Origin: Protoeuglena noctilucae
Lineage: Eukaryota
Direction of reading: 5' to 3'
NCBI GenBank assembly: GCA_958009085.1
Contig: OY253678.1
Coordinates: forward strand, 310,001-374,000
Length of the DNA: 64,000 nt
Position numbers and translations under genes: made by a program. Below are positions 39,017 through 52,422 of the stretch, piece after piece. How positions within the stretch are numbered: position 1 is the stretch's first letter; the number at the start of each line of letters is the position of its first letter. The notes below the pieces were generated by a model that saw only the letters and a list, made by a program, of their open reading frames with translations, did not search any database and was not told the DNA's origin.

Positions 39017-41899
39017 ATGGTGGCTGGAAACGTGATCAAGCGGGTGGTGAAGGCCGCGCCACATCTGGGTAGCTTCCTGACAAAGGACTCGTCTCAGGAG
39101 ATCGCGGCCACCGTCGCAAACGCAGGTGCGTGGATTGGTGGCAACGTGAGGTGTTTCGTTGATTGCTGTCCAGTGAACCGCGCAAGCGCCTCCGCTGCCT
39201 GCGCAGTAGCTTATCGCGACTGTTTTCTTCTTCGCAGTCTTCCTCCAGTTCAGCGACGGCCTCAACACACCCCGGGGGGTCGATGCGCAGCCGCGTGGGT
39301 GGCCCGCCGCGCCAGCGCACGGCCACGCGCCCCTCCGCCCGAGCGCACGGCCCTATTTCGGCGCGCGTGACACCCCGACTTCCTCTGAGGCAGTGCACCG
39401 GGCGAAGGACATCAACAAGCGCCTGGCCCGCGCCCAGACCCTAAAACAGATCGTGGACACGCTCGAGGTGGACATGGCATCGCCGTACTTCAACTCCGTG
39501 AACATCACGACCGCGTTGCATCGGCTCGCGAAGGTGCGGCCGGGCTGGGCGCGCGTGTTCGGTCCGCTGCACTCGTGGGCTCACCAGGCACGCAACCACA
39601 CCACACGCAACCACACCGCCTGCCCTCCCTTGCAGATGGCCCACGACTCGGATCTGGCGGGCCGCCTCTCCCCGCTGTTGGCTGCCCAGGTCGGCCGGAT
39701 GGTCACGCAGCTCAACAACGCCGCCATGGCACGACTGCCCGAGATCGATGCGCAGGGGTTGGCGAACGTGCTGTGGGCCAACGCGACCATCAAGCGCGTC
39801 GTGGGCAACGAGGCCATGCTCTCCATCGCCCATTCGGCAGAGGTGGCGGCAGGCATCGCGGACGGCGACGCCCCCTCCCCATCCACACGCACTCTCCCAA
39901 GCGCGGAGGACCCAGCCACGACGCGCCCTGCTGCGTCTATGGATGCCATGGACATGGAAGAGCACCCGCACGTGCACGCGTACGTCCCCGACGAAGGTGC
40001 GACCAGCTTTGACATGCAAGGCATTGCGATGGACCTCAGTACAAGTCGCCGACTGCAACAGGCCAAGCGTGTCCTAGCCGATCTCCGCTCTAACCCCGCG
40101 CCCGCAGTGTGCCGCCCGCACCGCCCCGGCTCGCACCTGTGGGGCGCCGTGCTCGCGGAGGTCGACCGCAAGCTGGGGTCCTTCCAGCCCCAGGGCATCG
40201 CCAACATCATGTGGGCCTTTTCCACCCTGGACTACCACCCCCCGCGGTCCGTCGTGGCGCGCCTCCTGCATGCTGCCGCGCCCATCCTGCCCCGCTTCGA
40301 GCCCCAGCACCTCAGCATCACCGTCTACGCCTGCGCCCTCCTGGCCTACGACCCCGGCCAGGGCTTCCTGGCGGCCGTCGCCCGGGCCGCGGCCTCGCGC
40401 GTGGCGGACTTCAAGCCCCAGGAGCTCAGCAACCTGCTCTGGGGCATGGCGCGCCTGGGCCATGCCAACCCGGCTCTGCTGGACGCGGCAGCTGCGCTGT
40501 GCGCCGCGCGGCCCGAGTACTTCGCCCGCCCACAGCACTCGTCAAGCGTGATGTGGGCGCTCGCGTCCCTGGGCCACAGCGGCGCCCTGCACGCCGGCCG
40601 GCAGCTGGCCGCCGTCCTGGCCAGGCATGCACACGAGGCCAGGCCGGCCGAGGTCATTACGGGCGCGTGGGCCGCGACGGTGCTGGAGCACGCGGCTGCC
40701 GCGGCCTCGCAGCGGCTCGTGACGCCGGGACCCGGCTCGCTGGCGCTGGTGGCGGCCGCGGGGCAGGTCGCCTCTCGCGTCGCCACCTCGGGGCAGCTGG
40801 GCATGCTGCGGTCCGAGGAGGTGGTGCATGCGGCATGGAGCCTGGCTATGGTGGGCTCCCTGGAGCCTGGGCTCTGGGAGGCCTGCGCCGAGGCGCTGCA
40901 GGGCGCGGCTGGGGGCCCTCGCCGGGCCAGCGGTGCGGAGCTCCGGCAGCTCATGGAGGCCGCCTTGCTGATGGAGCAGCGGCTGCCTGGGTCCCTCAAC
41001 CACCTCCGCCCCAACCTCCTGGCGCCGTGCCTGAGCGCGTGGTCGGCTGCGGAGGAAGCCAACGCGGCCGCGACCGCGCGAGTGCTCAGTCAAGTCGAGG
41101 CGGCGCTGGTGGCTGCCGGCAGCGCGACCTTCAGGCGAGGCGGCTTGCTGGGCTACTGGTCAAAGTCATCATCTCATCGCATGCAGCAGTGCCACTGACA
41201 CTTACGCTCCCTGTGTCCCTCGCTTGCAGTCGCTCTGAGACGTCTACAATGGGCATGCTCCAGATCCATCTCGGTAATGCAGACGCCATGATCGCCATCG
41301 AGGTCGTGCCCCTGGCGTCGCACGGCACGGCCCCACCCACGCACTCCCTTGCACGCCTCGAGATCCTGCGGCGTGCGGGGTGGGCGACGGCCGCCGTCAA
41401 CGCCGCCGACATGGCCGCTGCCGGGGCCGCAGGCGGCGCGTGTGCGCAGATGGACCTCCTGGCTCGCGCCCTGGGGAGCGTCTCTCAGAGCCGCCGTGCA
41501 GCTGACCCCGTCGCTGCTCTCCAGGGCTCCCTGGCTGCCATGAGCCTCGTGGCAGGGCCCACCGGGGCACTGGGCTCCGCGGACGCAGCCCCCGCCGCAG
41601 CCAGGTGGCCGGTGGTTCATGCGAACGCCGCCCGCGACGGCAGGCGATCCCCGCCGCCGGGCTTTGGTGCCCGGGCGTCCTTTGGCTCCCTGACCGCCGC
41701 GGCACAGCCGAGCGAGTGGGCTGCCTCCCTCTGGGCGCCCCAAAGCCCATGGGCCTTGGCGTGGGCCCGTGCGGGCCGCCAATCCCTGGACCGCTCCGAC
41801 TCGTGTGCGCGGTCTACCGGGGCGGAGAGCCCACGTGGCGCCATAGACACGGCCGAGGAGATCGCCTGCCGCGTCGCAGGGCAGGTGCTCGGGCTCTGA
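39017..41899 (+). CDS. Organellar helical-repeat RNA-binding protein (OPR/FASTK-like repeats) with degenerate C-terminal RAP-like domain
   Basis: Repeats of about 37-39 aa: FQPQGIANIMWAFSTLDYHPP, FEPQHLSITVYACALLAYDP, FKPQELSNLLWGMARLGHANP; FNSVNITTALHRLAK; C-terminal IAIEV...RLEILRRAGW. Confidence 0.85.
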
Positions 41900-42457
41900 T
41901 TGGGCTCCACCTTCACCAGCCGCACGTACCACGAACTTAGCGTGGTAAGCAGAGCAATGAGCGATGCTGTCTAGGCTTGATATCAGTCACTCCGCCCATT
42001 GCCCCACATTGCCTGTTTCCTTGCACAACACGTTTCGGACCTGTCGTGTTCCTACTGTTTTGTTGATTTGCAAGACCTTTGCTGCCCCAAGTGGACAGAC
42101 TCACTTCTGAGCCTCCAGGAGCTAGACATCAGCACAACACACCGCCCCAGTCACTAGTCCTTGTTCCCTGCCGCCAGCCCTGGCTTTGAGCCTGGCTGCG
42201 TAGCCGACGAGCTCACGAGCGCTCGCCTTGAAGCGCGGAAACAATGTCAGAGACGGTTCGATTCAGAGACGTGACCCGAGAGCAGCACAACTAGAGGCGT
42301 GCGCAGGGGGTCCTTCTATTCATAGCACAGCCGCGGGTGACTTGGCCAAGCGCCTCACGGGAAACGGAACGAGAGAATGGCGCGCTGACGGAGCGCGCCT
42401 GAGTCACGAGCTACCCAACACAACCCCACAACCCAGGTGTGGCAACGCCGCGCGGCC

Positions 42458-44835
42458 TCATCGCGCCACGCCCTCGATGCTGTCGTTGGGCGAGTGCCGT
42501 GCCGTTACTGGCGTCTGGCTGCCCGCCTTCGAGAGGAACTCCTCGGTGGAGACGCCCTGCTCCTTCGCAAGCTCCTCGTAAACCTGGGCCGGGGCAAAGG
42601 GAGAAGCGTCGCACGCCTCTACGCTCGCGTCAGAGACAGTGGTTCCGCAAGCACACCCCTGATCTGACGGAGCACGCGGACACTAGCATGACAGGTGCGG
42701 AGAAGCATAAAGGGCCAACTGCGGGCCCCAGCTGCAGCCTCGTCTCATCACATGCACACTCTGCGCGCATCATATCCCGCTCCCGCTGCCTCCTCGCCTT
42801 CTCCTCCAGCTTCTTGATCCCCTCGAAGTCCTCCGGGTGCGTGAGGGTGCCGTAGAGGTAGTCGAAGTAGATGGTGTAGTGGCCGTAGTTGTGCTTGTAG
42901 GTCGTGTGGTGGATGGTGTGGTACCCCGCGCCCATGATGGGCATGATGCCCACGTGGAGGCAGTCGTGGATGTTGGTGGTCCAGAGGCCCGTGAAGAAGA
43001 GCAGGAGCTCGTGCGTCATGAAGTGCATCGGGACCATCGGGACCAGGAGGCAGTACGAGGCCCCTTGGCACACGCCGTCCACCCTGCGAACCAGCGTGCA
43101 ACGTCGCAGTGAATGCCGGGCGGAAATCGGCATCGCAGGGTGCCGCGGCCCAACCAGTGGAAGGCGGCGATTGCAAAGGGCAACAGCCGCGGCTCACCAG
43201 TGGAATGCCAGGGATGCGAAGGGCGACAGGGTGTTCTCCTTGTTGTACTTGTGGTGGATCGAGTGCAACAGGCGGTAGCCCCAGTTCATGTCGTGCAGCA
43301 GGCGGTGGGCCCAGTACACGCCGAACTCGACCAGGGAGATGTACAGACAGAAGATGGCGGCGAACCGAGCAATGCCCATCGCTGCAGCAAGGGAGGTTGA
43401 ACCAGGGTCAGCTGTCACAACGGACTTCTGTACAATTTCGATTGCAACCAAAGCGGAGACGCGGCGTGACACCTCGGCATGGGCTCACCAGAGAGGCGCG
43501 GGTAGACGAGCGTGTAGCCATTCTCGATTAATGCCTCCGTGACAGTCGGGAGGGCCGCGTAGCCGGGGATAGCTATGACGGAGGCGTGGATCTGATCACG
43601 CACGGCCTTCCACGACGGAATGTCCTTCCCGCCGTTGTAGAGCTCCCGGCCCCACACCCTGCGAGGGGCAGCGGGGCGCATGGTGAGCACGACTGTTGCT
43701 GCAGCGACCCCCAGAGCAGTGCGTCCGAGTATCCACCTCACCAGTAGGCGTAGTAGACCCACACGAAAGCAGCGCCGAAGTACAGGACGTAGGTGGCCAG
43801 CATGTTGCGCAACCAACATTGCAGCAGGCGGGGCAGGGCCGACGTCCAAGAGGTGGGGAGCTGGAATAAGCCATTGAGCACCAGCCACGTCTTCCAGTCG
43901 TCCTCCTCACGGAACATGGCCGCCCTGCGCGAGAGATCGGCATCACCCTTGTGGTGCAAGGGCTGCGGATGCGCCCTGGCCAAAGGGGCCACAACCATCA
44001 TACCACGGGGCCCCGCCCTGCGCGCCGCTCACGCCGCCTCACCGCTCGGCCTTGATTGCAGCCCATGCTTCCTTGGGCAGGCCCACAGCCTCAGGCCCCC
44101 GCAGCCAGAACTCCAGCGCATTGCCCACCGCCGTGCCCTTGAACGGCACGTCCCACCTCCCCTGCGAGCGTCGGGGCCGGGACGGCGATGAACGCGACGG
44201 CTCTGCACTATACAGACGCGTACGGGACGGGGACCGCAGGCGGCGGGGGAGCACCAGGACGAACCCGCAATCTTCGAGCGCGCTCGTGGCTGGGGGCTCT
44301 CGGCCCCGCCAACCCGTCGCCCTGGCCACAGACCAACGGCGCTGAGCAAGGCGAGAGGATACCCTACACCACGCGAGACCCAGGGCCGGAAGGCCCGGGG
44401 CCCACGCCGACTGAGCCGTGGACCGACATGGTGGCAGCAACCGAGCACGAATTCCCCGCTCTCGGGCACGGGATCAGCATAGTAGCGGGTCCGCTAGCAC
44501 TGTCCGCAGCACAAGCACGCGACGGGGGCCTCGCACAGCGACCCAGGCCCCCGGGGAACGGAAGCGCGGGATCTTCACGTCAGTCTGGGTGCGGGCAAGC
44601 GGGAGCGTCGCCAGGCGCGCGCCGCGACGGCATGGATTGCGGCATGGCGTAAACGAGTATTTTCGAAGATCGGGCCCGGCCGGCCGGGCGCCCCGGGGCG
44701 CACGGAGACGGGGGACGCGGCCACACTTTCCCGCACCTGCGTCCATCCGTCGTAGAAGCTGCATCCGTAGCCGAACAGCGCGAACGCGGCTAGCAACGTG
44801 ACAAACACCCTGTGGACGACCCAGCCCTTCCCCAT
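42458..44835 (-). CDS. DWF7: Delta(7)-sterol C5(6)-desaturase (STE1/DWF7/ERG3 family); last exon uncertain
   Basis: His boxes [53 protein letters not shown]; first exons MGKGW...[12 protein letters not shown]...[10 protein letters not shown] join in phase. Confidence 0.93.
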
Positions 44836-45528
44836 CGCGCCCCTGCGATCGCGCGGGCCGTCGGCCACCCAGGTCACTCCCGCCGCTCGCCCTCTGCGCT
44901 CTCTACCCCACGAGTCGCACGGTGTCTTCACTCGCGGCGTGGCAGGCAATCGCGAATGGGAACCCCCGGCACCGGGGACACCCTTGTCAGGGCTTTGGGG
45001 CCAACCCCGCCGGGCTCGGGGACCAGCGCCTCGTTTGGCTCGCTCCAGCGAATGGTTGCACCGTGCTTCACGCGATGGCGTCGCCCAAGGGTACCGCAAT
45101 CAGTTCAAGGAAGCACACAGGTGTCATGTGCTGCACCGAGAACATCCCGAGCGGAGGCACGGGGACAGGTCGCGCTGACCGCGCCCCCGCATCACATCCC
45201 GCTTCCCACACCCCTCCCTGCCCGCTGGGGCGCACGCCTTCATTGACACACAGCTAGCGGCAGCCGCACTGGCTGGCTCATCCCCATGCCCTCCAGTTCG
45301 TTAACCCTGCAAGAAGGGAGCAAAGAACGTTGCGCTCGCGTGCGTGCACTTATGCACCCCGCCCGACAGCAATAGCCGGCGTGGCGGCTGCATCGATCTG
45401 CCGCAGCCCCCTGCAGCAGCCTCTTGGAACCCCTGCCAGCAAGCTGCTCCCAAGAAATGCATCAACAAACGCCTCCCTATCCCCACATCCTCGCCCCCCG
45501 ACGCACCCGAGTGGCTTGGACCCGCAGC

Positions 45529-46452
45529 TCAGATGATGCCGATCTTGTTGGCCACATCCAGCGCCTCGTAGTCGGGCGTCAGGCGCACGTAGGCCTTCTT
45601 GAGGCCGTCGGGGCGGATGAGGGTGTTGACCTTCTTCACCTGGATGTCGTACAGCCTGCTGACGGCACGCTTGATGCGGCGCTGCAGGGGGCGGATCCAG
45701 GTGCTCGTCAGCCCGGAAGCCCACGCACACGCGCCGGCTCAGTTGTCAAGGTTCGTGGAAGGGGTGGCGCCCCAGGGCATGGCAGGGTGAGGCTGCACAA
45801 CGCCTGGAAGGGGAGGAAGGGGGGGGGCCGCCTGCAGGCCGCCACGCAAGCTCACCTTGTCCGCGCGCACGTCCACGATGAAGACGAGCGTGTTGTCCTT
45901 CTCGATCTTGGCCATCGCGGACTCGTTGTAGAGCGGGTGCTTGATCACCGCGTAGTCGTCGAGCGTCTCGAGCGTGAGGGTCGACTTGCGGGCATACTTG
46001 GGCTTGCGCGCCCGGGTCTGGGTCCGCGGGCGGTGGAAGGAGACGCTGAAGCGGGGCTTCAGCACCTTCTTCCCCGTCCCTTTCTTGACCGCCTTGGCGG
46101 CCTTCTTGGCGTCTGCGGGCGCAGGCACGCAGTCGCGCGAGTCGGCGGGCGAGCGGACAGCGCAGCGGCCTGGCATGCAATCCTGCGGCAAACACTGGGA
46201 CCCCGCCACGCAGTCCGGCCCCAGAGACGCGGCGGGACGTCGCGGGCGCGGGGCCAGGAGTCAGTCCATGGCCCAGCGGCCGCCTCCGCGAGGACAGCAC
46301 CGCCGGGCGACAGAGATGGAACGAATGAGCGAACGGGGCCAGCCGCGCCCAGCGCTGGGCTTCCCCTTGGCTTGCGCGGCCGGCGAGACCCGTGTCCCGT
46401 CGTCCGGCACGCACGAGGCCGACGGCGTGGCGAAGTCGGCTTAACAAGCCAT
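45529..46452 (-). CDS. RPL23A: 60S ribosomal protein L23a (uL23), 3 exons
   Basis: [70 protein letters not shown]; tiny first exon inferred. Confidence 0.97.
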
Positions 46453-46868
46453 CTTCCGTCGCGCGCGCGTTCGGGTGGCTCCGGCCGCTGCGCCCGACTC
46501 GCTGCCGGCGCCCTCACCCTTCGCGACCATGACGGCGCCCCAGACTCGCCCACCCCACGAGGAAAGGACCATCACGGGGTGGCTCCAGCGCCCATTGGCC
46601 GGCGTCGGAGCCCGGACGTGTCTGGCGAGGTTCTACCCGGAGATCGCAGATCTCGAAAGCGTCGCTCGGGCGTTCTCTCCGCGCCCATCTCGCGCGACTG
46701 GAACAACTCGGCGCCGGGGAGGCTCGACCGCGCCAGCTGACGCAGGGAGATCGAAGGACATTCAAACCCAGGCCTCCGCGCTATGCGCATGCCCCGCGAG
46801 CCGGGCGGGGGTCGACGAGAAGCGCAAAGGAGGGAGCTCGCCGCTCGCAATCACATAGAGGCTCGGAG

Positions 46869-47505
46869 ATGCTACGGCGCGTCGAAGAGGTCACGCTACC
46901 TCTGCGCTTCCTCTCGCTGCTGACGCATGTTCTCGTGACCCTGACGTTCATCTTCGACATGGTGACTGCCGGCCGCGTTGCCTGCCGCTCCCTCAGCCCA
47001 TGGCGCACCTCTGCGCGCTGCCATGCGCGCGGACGTGCCAAGCCGGGGGCGCAGGCGGAGCGTTTCCAGTGACGGTGCGTGCAGGACTACATCATCGCAG
47101 CCAGGCTCCCGGACGGCGGCAGCGCGAGCTACTGGAAGCAGACGTACCAGGGCCTCGGGTGGTCGGCCCTCGCGGCCCTCATCCTCGAGGTCCTGATCCT
47201 CTTCTCGGGGCTCACGGCCTTCGCTGCGGGAGCGCAGGTGTGGCTCACCTTCACGCACATCATCGGGAGCAGTTTCCTCGGCGCGTTCATCCTCCGCGGC
47301 TGGCAGGTGAGGGACGGGAGCATCAGGGAGCGCGGCAGAGCCCCGGAGCGAGGGCTGAGCCAGGGGCCAATAAAACTCCACCCGATCCTTTGCCTCGCAG
47401 CTGCAACAATACACTCCTTTGGCGGTCATTTTCAACTTCCTGCCCCTCGCATTCGAGGTCATGCTCGCCCTCTACATCCGGCGCATGGGGGTCGGCTACA
47501 AGTAA
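46869..47505 (+). CDS. TMEM107: Ciliary transition-zone protein TMEM107, 3 exons
   Basis: LPLRFLSLLTHVLVTLT, E..ILFSGLTAF, TH..GS..L..FILRGW, FNFLPLAFE; about 140 aa with 4 TM segments. Confidence 0.85.
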
Positions 47506-47572
47506 CCACGCCCCCTTGCACCTTGCCCACGTCTCTTCCAGCCCCCGGCACCCGTGACGCGCCGTCCTGTCG

Positions 47573-49503
47573 TCAGGGCTTCTCGAAGAGGTAGTGCGAC
47601 ACGCCCCATTCCTCACCCCCGTTGTACGCGAACAGCTCGGAGCAAGCCATGTAGAAGAGGCGCCAGTAGACGAACCACTTGACGTGCTCCCCCGGCGGAT
47701 AGGTCTCCTTGAAGAGGGACAGCACCTGTGCTCAGGAAGGTTACGGAGTTGGTGACCAGCCAGGAGAGGAGCAGGCACTAGTTTCCAATTGCCATCCCCG
47801 CTGCCTCCGCGCCCTCGCCTTGTCCCGGTTCGCGTCCTGGCGGCGCAGCCACCCCTCCAGGGTCTTGGAGTAATGGAGCCCGTTGATGCGCCAGGTGTGC
47901 ATGCACGTGAGGTCCTTCTGGAAGTAGAGGAGGAGGTCGTGGGAGGGCATCGTGCCCCCGCTGAAGAAATACCTGCAGAGCAATGACGTGCGTCGCGTGG
48001 GGGCGTCCTCGCCAAGGGTGACACAGTGCGGCTGTCTTAGGCTAGGGTTAGTGCTATCATGACGCACTGCGCAGTGACTGGACGCTGCCAGTGCACCCAC
48101 CGAGTCATCCAGTCGTCCTCGCCGTTGTCCTCGAAGTGGTAGGCGAAGTCCTTGTGCGTGAAGATGTGCACGAAGAGCTTGCCGCCGGGGCGCAGCCACC
48201 GCGCGATGCGCCCCATGAGCACCTCGTAGTTCTGCGCACAGGACGCATGCGGGCATCGGAGCAAGTCACCCCTCGACCGCCGACTCAGCCATGTGTGCCG
48301 TCAAGTGCGCAGCAACGTGTGCGGCACGTCATGTGCACAGCATTGTGTGCGATAGACACTCTCTTGCACCACCCACCTTCATGTGCTCGAACATCTCAAT
48401 TGACATCACGCGGTCGTACGTCCCGGGCGCCTCGAAGGACACTACGTTGGCCGTGATCACGGTCAAGTTCCGCAGACCGCGCTCCTGAGCCCGGCCGTCA
48501 ATGAAGGCCTTCTGGGTGCTTGAGTTGGACACTGCGAGACGAACGTGGTGGGACAGTTGCCTCTATGCTTCTGCTGAAAGGGGGGGACATCATGGCGCCG
48601 GGACGCTTTTCTCAAATTTCCGCATGATGACCCCTCACCCGCCGTGATGCGGGACCTGGGGTACTTCTGAGCCAGGTACAGACACAGAGAACCCCACCCG
48701 CATCCCAGCTCCAGCACGTCCTGGCCATCCTGCAGCTCGGCACGCTCGCAGTACAGCTCCAGCATCGCCACCTCCGCCTCCTCCAGCGACATGCCCGGCC
48801 TGCAGGACACCAGCGGACACGGGCGGAGGCTAAGCCCATGCGATAAAATCGCGCAGAGGTCGACTCGCGTCAACAGCTGCCTGTTACCTGTCGTACAGGC
48901 AGCTGGAGTACTTGAGATGCTCTCCGAGGCAGAGCAGGAAGTATGGCGTGGGGACCTCGTAATGCTGGGTGTTGGCGTCCGCTGCGAGCAAAGAGAGGCG
49001 ACCTGTTGGCCCTTCGTCCTCGACCACCCGCGCGATGTGACATGGGATAAACGCAGATTTACTTGCCTGTGTTGATCGCCACGGGCATGCTCCGGAGCTC
49101 CTCCACAAACGCCTCCTTGCGCTCGAGCTGCTCCCCCACGGTCCCCTGCAAAGAGGCGAGGCTGTCTGAGCGATATAGTCGTACCATCGTCTAGTTGACA
49201 ACAGTATATAACCGATGAGTGAGATCACCTCCCGGCCAATTCTCAGACGCGTCGCGAGAAGGCTGCGGATGCCGGCGCGGACGATGAAGTCGGGCACATG
49301 GTCCCTCTCGATGACGGACATGGCCATCCTGCGGGCCAGACATATAATCGGTTGTCAGCGTCCTCGTCATGACGCAAGCACCGCCATCGGTCTCGCTGGC
49401 GACGCGCATCGTGGCCTAAAGCATCAACCTGTCATCTTCATCGCACCCGTTTGTACCCATCTCACCGGAAGGCGCGGTCATACAGCTCCTTGAACGTCAC
49501 CAT
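47573..49503 (-). CDS. SAM-dependent methyltransferase, CFA-synthase/coclaurine N-methyltransferase-like
   Basis: [75 protein letters not shown]. Confidence 0.93.
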
Positions 49504-49784
49504 GGTGGCGACGGCGACGTTGATCTAGGCGGCGAGCCAGGGGACGCGATGGGCGAGGAGCCCCGTGCCGTCTCGGCGCTTGACGACCAGGAGTGTTTGC
49601 AATCGTTGATGGGGCTCGATGACGTCAACCAAGGTGTTGCTTATCAGTTGACGAGGCGAACGGTGGGGCGGAGGCGGGGCGCAACAGCTCCTGATGGCGG
49701 CGAGCACATTCTGGCGCGATGTGGTGGACTGGCAGGAGCGCCTGGCTGGACTAACGCCCCACTGAGGACATAGTCTTGTTGAAT

Positions 49785-52284
49785 ATGCAGGTGTCATTGT
49801 CTGCTTGCTCTCAGGGCGCAACTTCACGCCCCAAACGTGGCCAGCTGCACCCGAGGGCCATGCGCAGCCTTTTTAATGTCTCCGACTTCGGGATGCGGCG
49901 TCTTCGAGTCGAGAGCCCTGCCGTCAGAGGCCACACGGCGGCTGCGGCCGCGCGGTGACTGCCAGCGCTTCCGGAGCGGTGGCAGAGGCATCGGCCATTG
50001 TGCCACAGTCGACGGATCCCAGGGCTTCCACTCTGCAGGGCCTTCGATTACGACTCGGTGGTCGTAGGTGGCGGGTCCGGGGGCGTCCGCTTCAGCCGCG
50101 CCGCCACCGACGCGGGAGCTCGCGTCGTGGTGGTGGAGGAGCCGTTTGCGTTGGTCCCGGGCGACCACGAGGGAGGCCTCGGGGGGACGTGCGTCATCCG
50201 GGGCTGCATCCCCAAGAAGATCATGGCGTACGGGTCGGAGTACTCTCGGCTGCACCAGGAGTCCAAAGCATTTGGGTGGCGTGCCAACCCGCACGGAGAG
50301 CTAAGCCTCGACTGGCGGGCGTTTTTGAGCGCCAAGGACCGAGAGGTCAAGCGCCTGGAGGAGTTGTACAGGCGAGTGGTGGTAGGTTGCATGCGTCCAT
50401 GACAATGTCGTCAGATGATTGCATCCGTGGAGATATCGATGTGGTGTGCTTTTGTAGGAAAATGCTGGACGGGAAGGACATTGAGACGATCACGGGCGAG
50501 GCCGAGCTAGTGGACGACCACACGGTGCGCGTCAAGGGACCGGAGGGCGACACCCGCCTGATCACCGCACAGCACGTCGTCATCGCCACTGGGGCGCGGC
50601 CCGTGATGCCACCCATCCCTGGCATCGAGCACGCCGTCACTTCCGACCAGGTGAGCGACGTCCCTCCTCTCCATTTCCTCTCTCACATTCAGAGTGCTCG
50701 TCATCCTTATAGGCATCTTTCATCTGTGATTGTTCCTGCAGGTGATGGAGCTGCAGGAGCTCCCGAGGTCCATGGTCATCATCGGTGGAGGCTACATCGG
50801 CTGCGAGATGGCCGGCATCTTTAGCGGCTTTGGCGTCGATGTCCACCTGGTCCTGCGAGGCCCACGGCCCCTCAAGTGAGCACATGCCATGCGTGTCATG
50901 GGCGAAGAGGGTGGGAGGAAGTACGACGTGCGGCTATCCTCTGCAGCTGGTCACGGCTGAGGACGCACGGCCCCTGCCTTGCAACTGCCCCTGCAACTAC
51001 CCCTGCAGGAACTTTGACGGCGAGGTGGCGGAGTTCCTGGCAAAGGAGCTGTCAGACACGGACAACATCACCATCCACGCCTCGTCGGCTGCGAAGGCGA
51101 TACGCAAGGCGAGGCCCTCCTGGCCTGATCCGATGATGGCCAAGGCTTGGAGGCACATGCAAGGGCTTGTCTGAGATAGCATGAGCTTATCACTCTTTGA
51201 CCCATCACTGACCACCTTGTGCAGGTGGAGGATGGCACGCTGGCGGTGGATACGGAGGATGGGGAGCTGAGGGCCGACTGTGTGCTGGCTGCCATGGGAA
51301 GGCGACCGAATGTGGCGGGGCTGGGGCTGGAGAGCGTGGGGGTGGCCATGGATGACAAGACCGGTGCCATTCAGGTGGACGAGATGTCACGGAGCAGTGT
51401 CGAGTCCGTGTTTGCTGTCGGCGATGTCACCAGTGAGTCGCAAGCTGCGAGAACTTGGGGTTCAGCTGAGGTAGACCTGGATGTGGCTGCATTGGGATCC
51501 CAAGGCTCCCCGATGATTGGCCTTTCTCGCAGACCGCATCCCGCTGACTCCCGTCGCCATCATGGAGGGCAAGGCGTTGGCCAAGACGCTCTACGGCGGC
51601 CAGCCGACCCCCGTGGACCACACCTACGTGCCCTCTGCGGTCTTCTCGTCCCCTGCTGTGGTGAGCTGAGCGTGCCATGAGAGGCACATGGTCGCATTCA
51701 CCAACGCCACCCGGCTCTGACACGACACTCGCTTGCTGAACGTGCCGTGGTGCGTTGTGTTCCCGTCATTCATAACGTGTCCTTGCTGCGTGGCGAACGT
51801 GTTATTGCTGTGCCTCGGGTCGCAGGGCACCGTGGGGCTGACGGAGGAGGCGGCGAGGGAGCGAGTGAAGGACGTCGACGTCTACACTAGCACCTTTGTC
51901 GCCCTGCGATGCCGCGTGGCGGGCTGCCGCGGCCGCTGCCTCACGAAGGTCATCGTGGATGCCCACTCCAGACGCGTGCTGGGACTGCACCTGGTGAGCG
52001 GCAGCACTGGCAGGGCGACCATGGGCGCCTACGCGACAGGCGTGGGGCCGATACGGTGTGCAACCGTGGCTGACATGCCACGTGACAACGTGCGACCTGT
52101 GCCGTCCTGTCTTCAGGTCGGCCCCGACGCCCCAGAGATCGTGCAGGGCTTCGCGCTGGCCCTCAAGATGGGATGCACGAAGGAGCAGCTGGACGGCGTG
52201 GTGGGCGTGCACCCCACGGCGGCGGAAGAGGTCGTGACCATGGAGAATGTCACGCGCCGGTATCGTGGTGGGGAGCTGGCTTAG
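49785..52284 (+). CDS. GR: Glutathione reductase with probable organellar transit peptide
   Basis: GGGSGG FAD motif, [13 protein letters not shown] redox disulfide, [34 protein letters not shown]. Confidence 0.95.
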
Positions 52285-52422
52285 GGCTCCCAGCGATGAG
52301 AGAGAGTTCACAGCGACCAAGTCGTCGCGTCAGCAAGCCACGTGCCATGAGCATCGCCTAGCCAGCCGAGCCCTGCGATGGGCTCGCGCAGAGAGGCCAG
52401 TTCAAGTGGCCTGTTCATGGCT

